DNA of 64,000 bases from the human T2T-CHM13v2.0 reference genome, Homo sapiens: the NCBI RefSeq assembly GCF_009914755.1, contig NC_060934.1. One strand, 5' to 3'. A program made the translations under genes and the position numbers. Below, one piece after another: positions 63,185 to 64,000 of the stretch (positions are counted from its first letter, which is position 1; each line of letters opens with the position of its first letter). The notes beneath the pieces are model-generated. The model was not told where the DNA came from, made no database searches, and worked only from the letters and a program-made list of their open reading frames with translations.

Positions 63185-63203
63185 CGGCGCCCTCTAGCTG
63201 CCA
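63185..63203 (-). promoter_or_regulatory. Candidate strong CTCF site
   Basis: Minus strand TGGCAGCTAGAGGGCGCCG versus consensus TGGCCACCAGGGGGCGCTA; two CpGs retained. Confidence 0.6.
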
Positions 63204-63776
63204 CTCAGCCTCTTGCCTTGTTTTTTACACCAAACTCTGGGCAGCAGCACCTCAGGACCTGTGCTCACTGTCCCCACATCCCTGCCCCACCGTCCCTCAG
63301 TATCTTAAAGTCTGACTCTGGGGACATCTGAAGACCCAGTCAGTGGCCTTTGCCAGACCTTCCTCTTCCTGAGCTCTCTGCTCTATCTGACCCTGCAGAC
63401 CGTCTCTTTCTCAAGACTGCCTCCTTCCCTGACTCTGGGCACCCGGCACTAGGCTGGTTTCCCATCTACCTCTCTGGCCATTGCTTCTCTGTCTCCTTCA
63501 CTACCTTCTAAATATTCCTGGTTATACTCGTCCAATTATACATGTGCCATAAACAGCAGCCTCGCCTGGTGCGCTTTTTCCCAGTGTCTGACGAACGTCA
63601 CCAGCCCCATTGTGCTGACAGCTCTTGTCTCTTGCCTTACCTTCCCCCACCAGTCCCCATGGTAGGCCACCTCCCCAGCTACCTGGAAGACATCGCAACA
63701 TGGACATTCTGCTGCTATGTAAAACTCTACCATGGAGGAATTTATCTAGAACTTTCCAGAATGTGTAAGGACTCCC

Positions 63777-63778
<2 letters not shown>

Positions 63779-63834
<56 letters not shown>

Positions 63835-63856
63835 CAGAGAGACGAGAGAGAGAGAG
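63779..63856 (+). repeat. (GT)19(GA)n compound microsatellite at an Alu tail
   Basis: Perfect GT run 63779-63816 followed by an interrupted GA run. Confidence 0.95.
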
Positions 63857-64000
63857 ACGGAGTCTCACTCTATCACCCAGGCTGGAGTTCAGTGGCATGA
63901 TCTTGGCTCACTGCAACCTCCGTCTCCCAGGTTCAAACAATTCTCCTGCTCAGCCTCCCGAGTAGCTGGAATTATAGGCACCTGCCAGCATGCCTGGCTA
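63853..64000 (-). mobile_element. AluS right arm, cut by window edge
   Basis: gagacggagtctcactctatcacccaggctggag...gcctggcta. Confidence 0.92.

Overview
Primate (almost certainly human) genomic DNA from inside the cadherin-23 gene CDH23 (USH1D/DFNB12, the upper tip-link cadherin), transcribed on the + strand. Only 403 nt are coding: three exons at 20576-20770 (195 nt), 24625-24753 (129 nt) and 31749-31827 (79 nt). Together they encode most of repeat EC2, the EC2-3 Ca2+ linker and the start of EC3, about residues 144-278 (exons 7-9 in the numbering I recall). The rest is intron, filled with Alu/FAM/FRAM, MIR, L2, old L1/HAL1, hAT-Charlie and mariner fossils, a solo MLT1 LTR and simple repeats. 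No prokaryote-type systems, RNA genes or extra protein genes are supported; the other ORFs in the track look like noise. Best leads, all untested hypotheses: (1) a pyrimidine tract + TAG|GTAAGA site at 34640 that would regenerate exon 9's own donor (recursive splice site) and also defines an in-frame 9-nt candidate microexon; (2) the 129-nt exon is the orthologue of the mouse ahl (Cdh23 753G>A) exon, ends in a CpG and sits below a UG/RBFOX block; (3) several non-repeat AT-rich islands with hair-cell (E-box/SIX/POU/GFI1) or photoreceptor (CRX/NRL) motifs; (4) a 103-codon stop-free in-frame extension with ATGs upstream of exon 7; (5) a 114-bp, 94%-identical local copy of an ancient L1 segment; (6) a candidate poison exon after a 184-nt AG-free tract. 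Repeat subfamily names come from recalled consensus features, not from a database search.
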